Positions 47,675 to 57,845 of a stretch of DNA of 64,000 nt are shown in pieces. Location: assembly GCA_963664875.1 (NCBI GenBank), contig OY761611.1, positions 1,088,001 to 1,152,000 on the forward strand, in the 5' to 3' direction. The translations under genes were made by a program, and so were the position numbers. This DNA is from Candidatus Kapaibacterium sp. (GTDB taxonomy: Bacteria > Bacteroidota > Ignavibacteria > Kapaibacteriales > UBA2268). Positions within the stretch are counted from its first letter, which is position 1. Each line of letters opens with the position of its first letter. The notes beneath the pieces are model-generated. The model saw nothing but the letters and a program-made list of their open reading frames with translations. It searched no databases and was not told where the DNA came from.

Positions 47675-47941
47675 ATGATTTCTAAAGAGCAAAAAGCTGA
47701 GATTATCGCAAAGTTTGGCAACAATGCTAGTGATTCAGGAAAACCTGAAGTACAAGTTGCTTTATTGACTGCTCGTATCAATGATTTAACCGGTCATGCA
47801 ACAGAACATAAACACGATAATCATAGCCGTCGCGGTCTTATCAAATTAGTAAGTAAAAGAAAAAAACTATTAAGCTACTTGATGAAAACCGACATCCAAC
47901 GCTACCGTGCATGTATCGCTGCACTTTCGTTGCGTAAATAA
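47675..47941 (+). CDS. rpsO: 30S ribosomal protein S15
   Basis: [16 protein letters not shown]...HKHD.HSRRGL; start ATG 47675 with a GGAG RBS; TATATTTG at 47618-47625. Confidence 0.97.
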   Translation: MISKEQKAEIIAKFGNNASDSGKPEVQVALLTARINDLTGHATEHKHDNHSRRGLIKLVSKRKKLLSYLMKTDIQRYRACIAALSLRK

Positions 47942-47951
47942 AAATATTTAT

Positions 47952-47981
47952 AAAAACGGCGTGTCAAACGCCGTTTTTTTT
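47952..47981 (+). terminator. Terminator between rpsO and pnp
   Basis: AAAAACGGCGT-gtcaa-ACGCCGTTTTTTTT. Confidence 0.85.
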
Positions 47982-48032
47982 ATTATTTTACCAACCTTAC
48001 AAGAACATTTCTAAATTTTTTTTGAGATATCT

Positions 48033-50285
48033 ATGTCTATGCAAAAAGTATCAATAAACTTTGAAGGCAAAGAGTATTCTTTGGAAACCGGAAGGTTTGC
48101 CAAGTTTGCTAATGGTGCCGTAATGGTTCGTTGCGGCGATACTATGGTTTTAGTAACTGCAACTGCTTCATCTAAAGAGATGGAAGGAATCGATTTTTTA
48201 CCACTTCAGTGCGAATATAAAGAAAAGACTGCTTCTGCAGGCAAAATCCCAGGTGGATTTATGAAAAGAGAAGGTCGCCCTTCTGATTCCGAAATTCTTA
48301 CTGCTCGTCTTATGGACAGACCTATTCGCCCTATGATTTCTAAAGCTTGGCATTACGAAACTCAAGTGATTGCTACTGTTTATTCTTACGATCCTGAAGT
48401 GAAACCTGACACTTTAGCAGGTGTGGGAGCTTCAGCTGCATTGCTTATCTCCGAGATTCCTTTTTTGGAACCTGTTTCTCAGGTGAGAATTGCCAAAGTT
48501 GAAGGCCAGCTTATAGCTAATCCTTCTAGTAGCCAGCTTGAAGTTTCTTCTATCGATATGTCTGTGTCAGGTACTGACAGTGCCATTACTATGGTAGAAG
48601 GCGAATCATCTGAAATCAGTGAAGAAGAATTTTTAGAAGCTCTTGACTTTGCTCATGCAAAAATCAAAGAATTAAATTCTTTGCAAACTGAACTTTATAA
48701 TCTGATCAATCCGACTAAACGACCAATCGTAGAAAAAGAATATAATGAAGAATTGCTCGCTTTTGTCAAAGAGCAATCTACAGATAAACTAAAAGAATAC
48801 ATCTATTCTAACTCCACTAAAGCTGAAAGAAGCGAAAGCAGAAAGCTTATCCATGATAATTTGATGGAAGCTGTTGCTGAAAAATATGTGGATGTTGAAG
48901 ATGCTGATATCGCAGCTATATCTAAAGATGCCGGCGAAATTTTGAATAAAGTCGAAAAAAGTATCATGAGAAATATGATTCTCGACGATAATAAACGTCT
49001 CGACGGTAGAACAACTAAAGATATAAGACCTATCAACTGCGAAGTTGGATTATTGCCAAGAACTCATGGCTCTGCCCTATTTACTCGCGGTGAAACTCAA
49101 TCATTGACTACTATCACTCTCGGTACTACAAGAGATGAGCAAATGATTGATGGTTTGAATCCAATGTTTACTGAAAGATTTATGCTACATTATAACTTCC
49201 CTCCTTTCAGCGTTGGCGAAACCGGAAGATTAATGGTAGGACGTAGAGAAATCGGTCATGGTCACCTTGCTTGGCGTGCTTTGAAAGCAATGCTTCCTGC
49301 ACAGGAAGAATTCCCATACACATTGCGAGTAGTTTCAGATATCTTAGAATCTAATGGTTCTTCGTCTATGGCTACTGTATGTGCTGGCTCTCTTTCTATG
49401 TTTGATGCCGGTGTCCCAATGAAAAAACCTGTAGCCGGTATCGCTATGGGACTCATCAAAGAAGATGATCGAGTTGCCGTTCTTAGTGATATTTTGGGTG
49501 ACGAAGACTTCCTCGGCGATATGGATTTCAAACTTGCCGGTACAGAAGACGGAATCACTGCATTCCAAATGGATATCAAAGTTGACGGATTAAGTGTAGA
49601 AATTATGAAACAAGCATTGGAGCAAGCTAAACAAGGCCGCTTACATATACTTGGTATCATGAATCAATCAATCGACACTCCAAGAGAAGATATTTCTCAG
49701 TTTGCACCTCGATTCTCATCAATCAAAATCCCTCAGGATATGATTGGTGCTATTATCGGACCTGGTGGCGAAACTATCCGTGCTATTACTAAAGAAACTG
49801 AAACAGAAATCAACATTGAAGATGATGGTACTGTACTAATTTCTGCTGTAAACGGTGCAAATGCAGAAGCTGCTATCAAATGGATCAGACAGCTTACGCA
49901 AAAGCCTGAAGTTGGGCAGGTTTACTCAGGTAAAATTGTAGAAATCAGAGAAGGCTTAGGTGCTTTTGTTGAAATATTACCTAAAGTGCAGGCTCTTCTA
50001 CATATCTCTCAAATCGATCACGAAAGAGTTGATAACGTTGCTGATTTCCTTAAAGTTGGTGAAAAAGTTGACGTTAAGCTGATGGAAATCACACCTGACG
50101 GCAAAATGAGATTGAGCCGCAAAGCACTAATGCCAATTCCTGAGCATATAAAAGAAGAAATGGAAAAACGCAAAGCTAACGGCGGTGGCGACAGAGAAAG
50201 AAGTGGCAATCGTGACAATCGCGATAGTCGCGGTGGCGATAGAGACAGAAACAACAGAGGTCCAAGAAGACCACAAAACAGATAA
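48033..50285 (+). CDS. pnp: Polyribonucleotide nucleotidyltransferase
   Basis: GKIPGGF.KREG, HGSALFTRGETQ, LESNGSSSMA, GDMDFK, KH and S1 domains. Confidence 0.98.
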   Translation: MSMQKVSINFEGKEYSLETGRFAKFANGAVMVRCGDTMVLVTATASSKEMEGIDFLPLQCEYKEKTASAGKIPGGFMKREGRPSDSEILTARLMDRPIRPMISKAWHYETQVIATVYSYDPEVKPDTLAGVGASAALLISEIPFLEPVSQVRIAKVEGQLIANPSSSQLEVSSIDMSVSGTDSAITMVEGESSEISEEEFLEALDFAHAKIKELNSLQTELYNLINPTKRPIVEKEYNEELLAFVKEQSTDKLKEYIYSNSTKAERSESRKLIHDNLMEAVAEKYVDVEDADIAAISKDAGEILNKVEKSIMRNMILDDNKRLDGRTTKDIRPINCEVGLLPRTHGSALFTRGETQSLTTITLGTTRDEQMIDGLNPMFTERFMLHYNFPPFSVGETGRLMVGRREIGHGHLAWRALKAMLPAQEEFPYTLRVVSDILESNGSSSMATVCAGSLSMFDAGVPMKKPVAGIAMGLIKEDDRVAVLSDILGDEDFLGDMDFKLAGTEDGITAFQMDIKVDGLSVEIMKQALEQAKQGRLHILGIMNQSIDTPREDISQFAPRFSSIKIPQDMIGAIIGPGGETIRAITKETETEINIEDDGTVLISAVNGANAEAAIKWIRQLTQKPEVGQVYSGKIVEIREGLGAFVEILPKVQALLHISQIDHERVDNVADFLKVGEKVDVKLMEITPDGKMRLSRKALMPIPEHIKEEMEKRKANGGGDRERSGNRDNRDSRGGDRDRNNRGPRRPQNR

Positions 50286-50310
50286 TATTGAAAAGTTATC
50301 AGATAAATTC

Positions 50311-50346
50311 AAAGACTCTTTTTTTTAAAAAGAGTCTTTTTTTTTT
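50311..50346 (+). terminator. Terminator after pnp
   Basis: AAAGACTCTTTTT..AAAAAGAGTCTTT followed by a long T run. Confidence 0.8.
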
Positions 50347-50410
50347 GTAACCTTTTTTCATAACGATGTGTTTACAAATAAATCACCATTTATGTAACAT
50401 GAGATCAGTT

Positions 50411-51910
50411 ATGAAATTATTATCAATTTTAACAGCTGTTTTAGTTTTATCCTTAGCTCCTACTATGTCTTTTGATACTAAAACAAACACAAAATCCAAT
50501 ATCCATTATTACAATTCTAGTTATGGAATCAATGGATATGACATTGTAGCTCGAAAACACGGAGTTTTCTGGCCAAAGTCCTCAAATGATATTTATCAAT
50601 TGGGAGCCGGTATAGTCTTTGGTGCCAAGATTTTAGACAATACGAACACACTCAAAACTGTGATGACTGGTTATCAAACTCAAAACGGTACCATCACCTA
50701 TGTACCTGGCTCAAATGTAATTGACCCAACTGAAAATGTAATCGAAAACCCAAAAGAAATCTATCCTCTATATCTATCTACAGAGTATGATTCGAAAGGT
50801 ATATCTTCAAATCCATCAGCTCCAAAATGGCCTTTGTGGAAAACAGAGAATGATTACTTTGGTAAATACGTAGCTGACCAAAAAGAAAGAGAATTTTCTA
50901 ACTATCCAAACGGACCTTTATATTTTGCAGCAGAAACTATGGTAACTGTATATAAGGATACTGATTTAAGATACTATGGTTCCTACTTAGGAAAAACCTA
51001 TTCGTCGCTTAATCTACAAGTTGAAGAAAAAACTATTTTTTGGGACGAAGAGCCACTTAATGATGTAGTATTGGTAATATACACAATTACCAATATGAGT
51101 CAATCAGATTACAAAGATGCCTCTTTCGCTAAACTTATCGATTTTGATGTCAAAAACAAAGATGATTTTAAAGATATGATTTTAGCTCATAGTGACGAGA
51201 GTAAGAGAATGGTTTACTGCTGGTCTGGACTGGAAGACGGGCCTAAAGGGTATATGGCAATTTCCCTGATAATTAGTCCTGAAGTAAACTCAAATGGTTA
51301 CCCAATTGAACATAATAATTATAAAAATTACGCACAAGGTCTCGATTTAGCAACTACACATAATTACCACATAGAAGAAGATACTACCGATTACATTACA
51401 TATGAGCGCCTCACATCAAAAACTAGTATCGGTGAGGCTAACCATTACGATCAAAGAGTATTGCTCGCTTCTGAAACTTTCAATCTTGCGCCCGGACAAA
51501 GTGTCTCCTTTGGAGTAGCTCAGATTTTCGGTAATGCAATCAAAGATGGAGAACAAGTACATCCAAGTGGTGACGAATCAGAACTAACTGACATCGAAGG
51601 AAAATGGGTTGCACTTTATGATAAGATTTATTCTGAAGGGCTTCAAAGCGATGGGACAGCTATTGAGCAAGAAAACTATCATTCAAACTCTGCAATATTT
51701 CCAAATCCAACTACCGGTCATGTAACTTTCTCAGAAAGTTTGGGAGTTGTTGATAAAATTGAGGTATTTAATAGCTTAGGAGAACTCGTAATGAGCAAAA
51801 TCAACAATGACAACACTCTTAATCTTACAAATCTATCAAACGGCATATATATGATTCGAGTCCAATCTGCTAATCATTCGGAGATTCATAAGGTCATTCT
51901 TAATAAATAA
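50411..51910 (+). CDS. T9SS type-A sorting domain-containing secreted protein
   Basis: Signal peptide from ATG 50411; C terminus IFPNPTTG...VFNSLGELV...LSNGIYMIRV...KVILNK. Confidence 0.85.
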   Translation: MKLLSILTAVLVLSLAPTMSFDTKTNTKSNIHYYNSSYGINGYDIVARKHGVFWPKSSNDIYQLGAGIVFGAKILDNTNTLKTVMTGYQTQNGTITYVPGSNVIDPTENVIENPKEIYPLYLSTEYDSKGISSNPSAPKWPLWKTENDYFGKYVADQKEREFSNYPNGPLYFAAETMVTVYKDTDLRYYGSYLGKTYSSLNLQVEEKTIFWDEEPLNDVVLVIYTITNMSQSDYKDASFAKLIDFDVKNKDDFKDMILAHSDESKRMVYCWSGLEDGPKGYMAISLIISPEVNSNGYPIEHNNYKNYAQGLDLATTHNYHIEEDTTDYITYERLTSKTSIGEANHYDQRVLLASETFNLAPGQSVSFGVAQIFGNAIKDGEQVHPSGDESELTDIEGKWVALYDKIYSEGLQSDGTAIEQENYHSNSAIFPNPTTGHVTFSESLGVVDKIEVFNSLGELVMSKINNDNTLNLTNLSNGIYMIRVQSANHSEIHKVILNK

Positions 51911-51928
51911 CATTTTACATCCGACTTT

Positions 51929-51962
51929 AAGGCAGGTTTTTGCAAAAAAAAATCTGCCTTTC
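51929..51962. terminator. Bidirectional terminator between convergent secreted-protein genes
   Basis: AAGGCAGGTTTT..AAAATCTGCCTT inverted repeat. Confidence 0.7.
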
Positions 51963-51963
51963 T

Positions 51964-53145
51964 TTACTTTACAATCAAAACCTTCGTGGAATCTCTGAAT
52001 TTTTCCGAATCTATAATTACATTATAAAAACCATTTGGCAAATCATCTGAATTGATTTTTGTTCGATGCAGTCCGGCAAAAACAAACTCGTTGAGCAAAT
52101 TATAAACTATATTCCCGTCGGTATCAACCATATAGATGTCAACGTAGCAGCTTTCCGGCAAAGTATATTCAGCTAAATACTGATTTTTATCCTGAAAAAT
52201 ATGCAAGTTAATACTTGATTTCAAAATTTCTTTTGTACTCGAGGATATCCTCGGATAATAGTAAAGATGAGGTACTACCTTGAAAGGCCCCATTTCGCTT
52301 ATAGTATAATAGCCATCCCCTTCTCTGTCCCAACAAATAGCCTCTCCTTGGGGTTCCATAACATAGGGCAGCGTAAGAGGCTGCTTTGCAAAGGCTTGTG
52401 CATAAGTCTCATTCTTGTCCTTTTTATAATAAAAAACTTCGATGTATGACTTTATCAGAATTTCAGATCCATCCGGAGAAATATCTCCACCTACAATCTG
52501 ATCTAACATATTATTTTTGTCTCCCATCGGCAATGTAGCAATCTTTGTAGCAGTGTTTTCTTTTTGATAGCTCTGAGGGTACTTTAAAGTATATACAGCT
52601 ACATTTTCTTCTCTTTTCGTTACTAAGTACAAATCATTAGTAAAAGGGTCTATAAGCAAAGTCTCGCAGTCTCTCGCACCATCTTCATATTGATATTCGA
52701 TTACATCAATATCTTCAGGATCCGGTGTGATTTTGTCATGGTCCTGCGAAGCATTTACGTAAGGCTCTTCAATACGGTATATTTTTCTTGTGTCGTGCTT
52801 TGCGTCATTGTCGCCTATATCTCCTATAAATAAGTAATATTTCCCGTCCGCAGGAGATTTGGCTATTGCAATATCTTCCCAATCTTTTGATTTTTTAATA
52901 TCGAGCTCTACAGACGCAAGCAAATCACCATCGATATTTATAGCATAGACCGTTTTTATTTCGCCATCGTCATTGTGTACCCAAAAAACATCAGGATATT
53001 GCATCGACGGCACAATACCTGAAATTTCGTCTAACTTGTTAGTTTTAATTGTACATTTGTCAATTCGATCGCTAAATTTTGGAGCTGCATATAGGATTGA
53101 ACAGCAGAAAGCAAAAACTATTACAAAAAAAGTAAATCTAAACAT
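51964..53145 (-). CDS. Secreted propeller-like protein with a degenerate T9SS-type CTD
   Basis: Signal peptide; EISG..WVHNDDG, DWEDIA, IGDIGDN, QGEAI motifs; C terminus YTLPE..V.I..D..G..V..L.NE...AG.H...LPNGFY...KVLIVK. Confidence 0.7.
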   Translation of the reverse strand: MFRFTFFVIVFAFCCSILYAAPKFSDRIDKCTIKTNKLDEISGIVPSMQYPDVFWVHNDDGEIKTVYAINIDGDLLASVELDIKKSKDWEDIAIAKSPADGKYYLFIGDIGDNDAKHDTRKIYRIEEPYVNASQDHDKITPDPEDIDVIEYQYEDGARDCETLLIDPFTNDLYLVTKREENVAVYTLKYPQSYQKENTATKIATLPMGDKNNMLDQIVGGDISPDGSEILIKSYIEVFYYKKDKNETYAQAFAKQPLTLPYVMEPQGEAICWDREGDGYYTISEMGPFKVVPHLYYYPRISSSTKEILKSSINLHIFQDKNQYLAEYTLPESCYVDIYMVDTDGNIVYNLLNEFVFAGLHRTKINSDDLPNGFYNVIIDSEKFRDSTKVLIVK

Positions 53146-53276
53146 TGTACATACTCGCGAATTCTTATAGAATCAAATAGAAGAAAGAAAATTAGGACAC
53201 AAAAACATACAGTTTATATTTGTATAACCCCGCTTTTGATATTGCACCACAAAGCAAGATACACACAAAACAAATT

Positions 53277-53312
53277 AAAAAAAAGGCTACTATAAAATTT
53301 TATAGTAGCCTT
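53277..53312 (-). terminator. Terminator after the GldL-like gene
   Basis: Palindrome AAGGCTACTATAAAATTTTATAGTAGCCTT with a T run on the minus strand. Confidence 0.85.
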
Positions 53313-53336
53313 GTAGATATTTATTTAAAGATAAGA

Positions 53337-54683
53337 TTATCTTTTGTTGTTGTCAACTTGTCTTACACCCAACATAATTTTCTGAGCGATTTCTTCAGCA
53401 ACCATTTTCTGAACATGATCTCCTGATGTCATGTATTCAGAGATTGCAGATTCAACTCTATTTTTGATGATTTGAGAAGTTTGACCAACCAAAGCTGTAG
53501 AAAGCTGGTGAATATCTTCTTGCTGACCTTTAAGAGTTTCAAGCTGGCTACGATTAGCATCTTCCATTTTCTTAAGCATTTTGTCCATACGTTCTTCTTC
53601 TTCAGTATAGAACAAAGTAAATGCCATAAGACCAAGCATAGTAAACTCAAGACCAATCGCCAACAAAATCCAAGAAGGACGAGCAGCAGGGATAAGTTTC
53701 AAACCGCGGATACCAATTGCAACGATAAGAACCGCAGCACCACCGTATGCAAGACCTGTAACGTTGTTTTGATATTTTTCTGTAAAGTGGTGAGACATAT
53801 AAAGTCTAAGACCTTTACCCCATTTAAGGTGATTACGTCTCCAAAGAAGACCATTTTTAGTATCTTCGATTTCTTTTACCACGAAGTCAGAGAAAAATTC
53901 TTTGATACGAGAGTAAATAGCTTCGTTACGGAACATAACGATATCTGTATCATCATCAAACAATTCATCGAAATTGATTGCTTGGCGAGCAGAAACTTCT
54001 GCATCAGAAACAGTTCTTTCCCAAACTCTTCTAAGAGCTCTTTCTACTTCTCTTCTGTCCATGTCTTCAAGTTTGTCATCAGGTAGAGTAAGTACGTGTA
54101 CTACATCATCTGAGAAACCTGTCTGAAGACGTATTTTAATCTGGGTATTATCGATTTGTCGATCAAAAAGTGCTGCCATATAGCCGAAGCTTGATGGCAT
54201 CAACATTGTGAAGAAGCCGGCTATAAGCACGGAGAATGCCAAACTTACCAAAATGAAACCAATCCATGGTTCGAGGTAAATTGGGTGTTCACCAAGAGCA
54301 GGAGCTTTAATATAATACTCCCATTTACCTTTAACGTAGCCACTTTCTTCCTCAGTTCTGACACCTGTAGAGAAGTCAAAGATAAACTCTTTATTGATAT
54401 AATCTTTTTTAACTTCAGTTTCTTGGCCTAAAAGATTAGCTTCTTTATCTTTTGTAGTAGATGCCCAAACCAGTCCGTCAAACTTAACGAAACCAATTTT
54501 CTGCATCAATTCGCCATCCGGCTTAAATAAAGGAAGGATAAACGAAGATAATCCATTGGGAATTGCTGAAAAGAATATTAGATAGAAAAAGACAGCAATC
54601 AGAATCCCCATTACACCTACGTGCTGAGCACCAACTTTCTTTTTGGTGGATTCTGCAGCATTAGAATAAATCGCTTTAGCCAT
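53337..54683 (-). CDS. Four-TM membrane protein with a C-terminal GldL/PorL-like helix pair and coiled coil
   Basis: GLAYGGAAVLIVAIG and LLAIGLEFTMLGLMAF resemble GldL TMH1 (YGxGAAVVIxG) and TMH2 (GLxxExxIF); AGGAG RBS. The ORF is clearly a gene; the function is inferred. Confidence 0.55.
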   Translation of the reverse strand: MAKAIYSNAAESTKKKVGAQHVGVMGILIAVFFYLIFFSAIPNGLSSFILPLFKPDGELMQKIGFVKFDGLVWASTTKDKEANLLGQETEVKKDYINKEFIFDFSTGVRTEEESGYVKGKWEYYIKAPALGEHPIYLEPWIGFILVSLAFSVLIAGFFTMLMPSSFGYMAALFDRQIDNTQIKIRLQTGFSDDVVHVLTLPDDKLEDMDRREVERALRRVWERTVSDAEVSARQAINFDELFDDDTDIVMFRNEAIYSRIKEFFSDFVVKEIEDTKNGLLWRRNHLKWGKGLRLYMSHHFTEKYQNNVTGLAYGGAAVLIVAIGIRGLKLIPAARPSWILLAIGLEFTMLGLMAFTLFYTEEEERMDKMLKKMEDANRSQLETLKGQQEDIHQLSTALVGQTSQIIKNRVESAISEYMTSGDHVQKMVAEEIAQKIMLGVRQVDNNKR

Positions 54684-55237
54684 TAGTACTTAACTCCTGA
54701 ATTATGGAAATATGGTATTAACTATTTTATCGCTCTAAGCATATATATAATATACAAAAAAAATCAAGATAATTTAAGTTTTTGTGGAAAATCTGTCAAT
54801 TTTTTATTAACATATACCTATATGCCTGATTTTTCAAGTCGGTTTACAAGTTAAGTAAATAATCTAATTACAAAAATTAAAAATGTATTAGAATTTATGT
54901 TTTACAGCTTCCCTGTAGATTTTTTTTAACTAAACCTTTTTATTTAAGATTTTTTTTCTTATGTTATAACCCATGAGAACAACTACATTAACAGTCGGTT
55001 TACTTTTTTGCTGCTGCGGCACTATTCGTGGCGGTTCGTTCATCTCTTGTATAAGCCAGAGACTGATATATCTTACCATGCGAATCATTACAGGTGAAAC
55101 ACCTGATCCTAACGCTTTCCTCTAATGGCTAATTGCAAACAGTATCTTTTGGGCTTTATTACTGTTTACTATGCCTTACTATATTTTTTTAGCTAATCAT
55201 TTTTTTAGTTTTAGTTATGTTATAGGGAGTTACTATT

Positions 55238-56578
55238 ATGGCAACTTACAGACCTCGTTTCTATGTGCCGCCTGAACAGGTGAAAGATGCACTAAGCAAA
55301 TATATGCTCGTAGATGGCTACGACTTTGTATTGGATTTGGAAAACAGCAAAGGTGCTCACTTCGTAGAAGCGCGCACGGGTAAGTCTTTTATTGACTTTT
55401 TTACTTGTTTTGCCTCTATGCCAATCGGTATGAATCACGACAAAATGTTGAACCACGGATTTGATGAATATCTGAATAAGGCTGCTACAAACAAGCCGTC
55501 TAATTCGGATATTTATACAGATGCTATGGCAACTTTTGTGAATACTTTCCACAATATTGCAGTTCCGGAACATTTTAAATATTCGTTTTATGTTTCCGGC
55601 GGTGCGTTAGCAGTCGAAAATGCACTAAAAACTGCCTTTGATTGGAAATATAGACAAAATGACAGAAAAGGCACGAATGTGGGCGAAAACCTTAAAATTC
55701 TTCATTTCAAAGAAGCTTTTCACGGACGCTCAGGATATACTTTGTCATTAACAAATACTGACCCGAAAAAAGTCAAATTTTTCCCTAAATTCGACTGGCC
55801 TCGAGTAACAAATCCAAAACTTAGATTCCCTCTGACAGAGGAAGTCTTAGCGGACGTTATCAAAGAAGAGCAAAAATCAATTGCACAAATCAAACAGGCG
55901 TTCACTGATAATCCGCACCAGATTGCTGCTATTATCATTGAACCTATCCAAGGCGAAGGTGGCGATAACCACTTTAGAAGAGAATTTTTGCAGGAGATAA
56001 AAGAAATTGCTCACGAAAATCATGCTCTTTTGATTTTTGATGAAGTTCAGACAGGTATGGGTCTAACCGGTTCATGGTGGGCACATGAGTCGATTGGAGT
56101 AATTCCTGATATTATGAGTTTTGGCAAAAAAATGCAGGTATGCGGTATTCTAGTCGGTCCAAAAATAGATGAAGAACCTGACAACGTTTTTCATGTTTCG
56201 AGCAGAATAAACTCTACTTGGGGCGGCAACCTCGTTGACATGGTAAGAGCTACACGCTACCTCGAAATAATTGAAGAAGAAAACCTTGTAGAAAATGCTA
56301 AACTAATGGGCGATGTTCTTGCTCAAAAACTTGAATCAGTAGCAAGTGAATATCCTGAACATTTCTACAATGTAAGGGGTCGCGGATTATTTGCGGCTTT
56401 AGACATGAAATCACCGGATATGCGTACAAAATTTATTAATCAATGTTTTGATGAGGGTCTAATCATTCTCCCTTGCGGATCTAATGCTGTAAGATTCCGT
56501 CCTCCACTAAATATCACAAAAGAGGAAATCAATGAAGGTTTTGAAGTGATAGCAAAAACACTGAAAAAAATCTTATAG
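55238..56578 (+). CDS. lat: L-lysine 6-transaminase
   Basis: KPSNSDIY, GALAVENALKTAFDWK, FHGRSGYTLSLTNT, FDEVQTG, FGKK.QVCG, RINSTWGG. Confidence 0.92.
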   Translation: MATYRPRFYVPPEQVKDALSKYMLVDGYDFVLDLENSKGAHFVEARTGKSFIDFFTCFASMPIGMNHDKMLNHGFDEYLNKAATNKPSNSDIYTDAMATFVNTFHNIAVPEHFKYSFYVSGGALAVENALKTAFDWKYRQNDRKGTNVGENLKILHFKEAFHGRSGYTLSLTNTDPKKVKFFPKFDWPRVTNPKLRFPLTEEVLADVIKEEQKSIAQIKQAFTDNPHQIAAIIIEPIQGEGGDNHFRREFLQEIKEIAHENHALLIFDEVQTGMGLTGSWWAHESIGVIPDIMSFGKKMQVCGILVGPKIDEEPDNVFHVSSRINSTWGGNLVDMVRATRYLEIIEEENLVENAKLMGDVLAQKLESVASEYPEHFYNVRGRGLFAALDMKSPDMRTKFINQCFDEGLIILPCGSNAVRFRPPLNITKEEINEGFEVIAKTLKKIL

Positions 56579-56586
56579 CAAAGAAA

Positions 56587-56641
56587 AGACGAAGCTCCGT
56601 CCAATACCAACCCTGATCTTCGGGGCTTCGTCTATTTTTTT
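56587..56641 (+). terminator. Large-loop terminator after lat
   Basis: 13-bp stem AGACGAAGCTCCG/CGGGGCTTCGTCT, 21-nt loop, T run. Confidence 0.7.
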
Positions 56642-56669
56642 AACATTTTTTGAAGCATCTATATATTTT

Positions 56670-57701
56670 CTATAAATCCCGGAATATCATCTCCCCTGCC
56701 AATCTTATAAGTTCGCTTTTGACTTCTTCTAAGTTGCCGGCTTCTACCCTTGCACCTGAAGCATGTTTGTGTCCTCCACCATTAAAGTGAACCCCAAGCT
56801 CTCTAACGTGGTATTCGCCTTTTGATCGAAGAGATATTTTTATTATATCTTTTTCCAAATCCTCTTTAATTAGGATGCCTACTGTTACACCATCAAGCAT
56901 AAGAGTGTAATCAACAAAACCTTCTGTATCATCATTGGTGCAGCTATAATTTCTATAATCATTTTTGCTCACAGTCATTACACACATCCTGTCATCGTAA
57001 TGAGTTTCTATACCTGCTAGAGCCTTGCCAAGAAGTTTCGCAGCTTTTATAGAAAACGTATTGTAAACATCATTATAAAGTTTCACCGGATCTGCACCAT
57101 AAGAAATAATTTCTGCTGCAATTCTAAATATCTCAATATCTGTTCTGTCATATCTGAAATTTCCGGTATCGGTCATAATTGCCACATAACATGATTCTGC
57201 AATTTCTTTATTGATGTAGTGCCTGAAATTGTCACGTAATAATTTCCATGTCAATTCTCCTGTGGAAGTAGCATCAGTATCTACCGCCATAACTTCTACT
57301 TCAAGTTTTGGGTTGATGTGGTGGTCTATTAGCATCTTAATAGCTTTTGACTCGAGATATTCTTGCTCGATACTGCTCATTCTATTGCTGTCATTCAAAT
57401 CCATAATCAGTATTACCTCAGCCTCCCTGATTATTTCAGGAGCCGGATTGGAAGAGTAAACAATAATCTCTTCAAATCCCTTTAGAAATTTCAAATTATC
57501 AGGCAACTGATTATCTACCATTATTGTTACTGATTTTTCGAGCTGTTGTAGCAGATTGGCAAGAGCTGTAGCTGAGCCGATAGCATCGCCATCAGGATTT
57601 TGGTGTATAATTATAACAAATTTCGAATACTGCTTCAAAAAACTACTGATTTGCTTCAGCGAGTTATCCAAATTAGTCTCAAAGCTGTCTATATGTTTCA
57701 T
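56670..57701 (-). CDS. nrnA: DHH-family bifunctional oligoribonuclease/pAp phosphatase
   Basis: HQNPDGDAIGS, IDHH, TDTGNF, SLRS, GGGH..ASG; start moved to ATG 57701. Confidence 0.92.
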   Translation of the reverse strand: MKHIDSFETNLDNSLKQISSFLKQYSKFVIIIHQNPDGDAIGSATALANLLQQLEKSVTIMVDNQLPDNLKFLKGFEEIIVYSSNPAPEIIREAEVILIMDLNDSNRMSSIEQEYLESKAIKMLIDHHINPKLEVEVMAVDTDATSTGELTWKLLRDNFRHYINKEIAESCYVAIMTDTGNFRYDRTDIEIFRIAAEIISYGADPVKLYNDVYNTFSIKAAKLLGKALAGIETHYDDRMCVMTVSKNDYRNYSCTNDDTEGFVDYTLMLDGVTVGILIKEDLEKDIIKISLRSKGEYHVRELGVHFNGGGHKHASGARVEAGNLEEVKSELIRLAGEMIFRDL

Positions 57702-57845
57702 TTTGTAAGTCTTTTCAAATTGTTCGTATTTAGTCAAGACAAAAATAACGAACATTTGTAAATATCATTTTGAATAATTAGAAAACTTGTATTACTTTAG
57801 CTATCTTAGTAAAATTATATTGTTCAACTGATATTTCGTACTGAT

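Noticed and set aside
53472-54086. 204-aa plus-strand ORF
   Set aside because: Antisense shadow of the codon-biased GldL-like gene.
54700-55237. Lysine riboswitch upstream of lat
   Set aside because: I could not find the conserved core or multi-helix architecture by eye; an Rfam scan would settle it.
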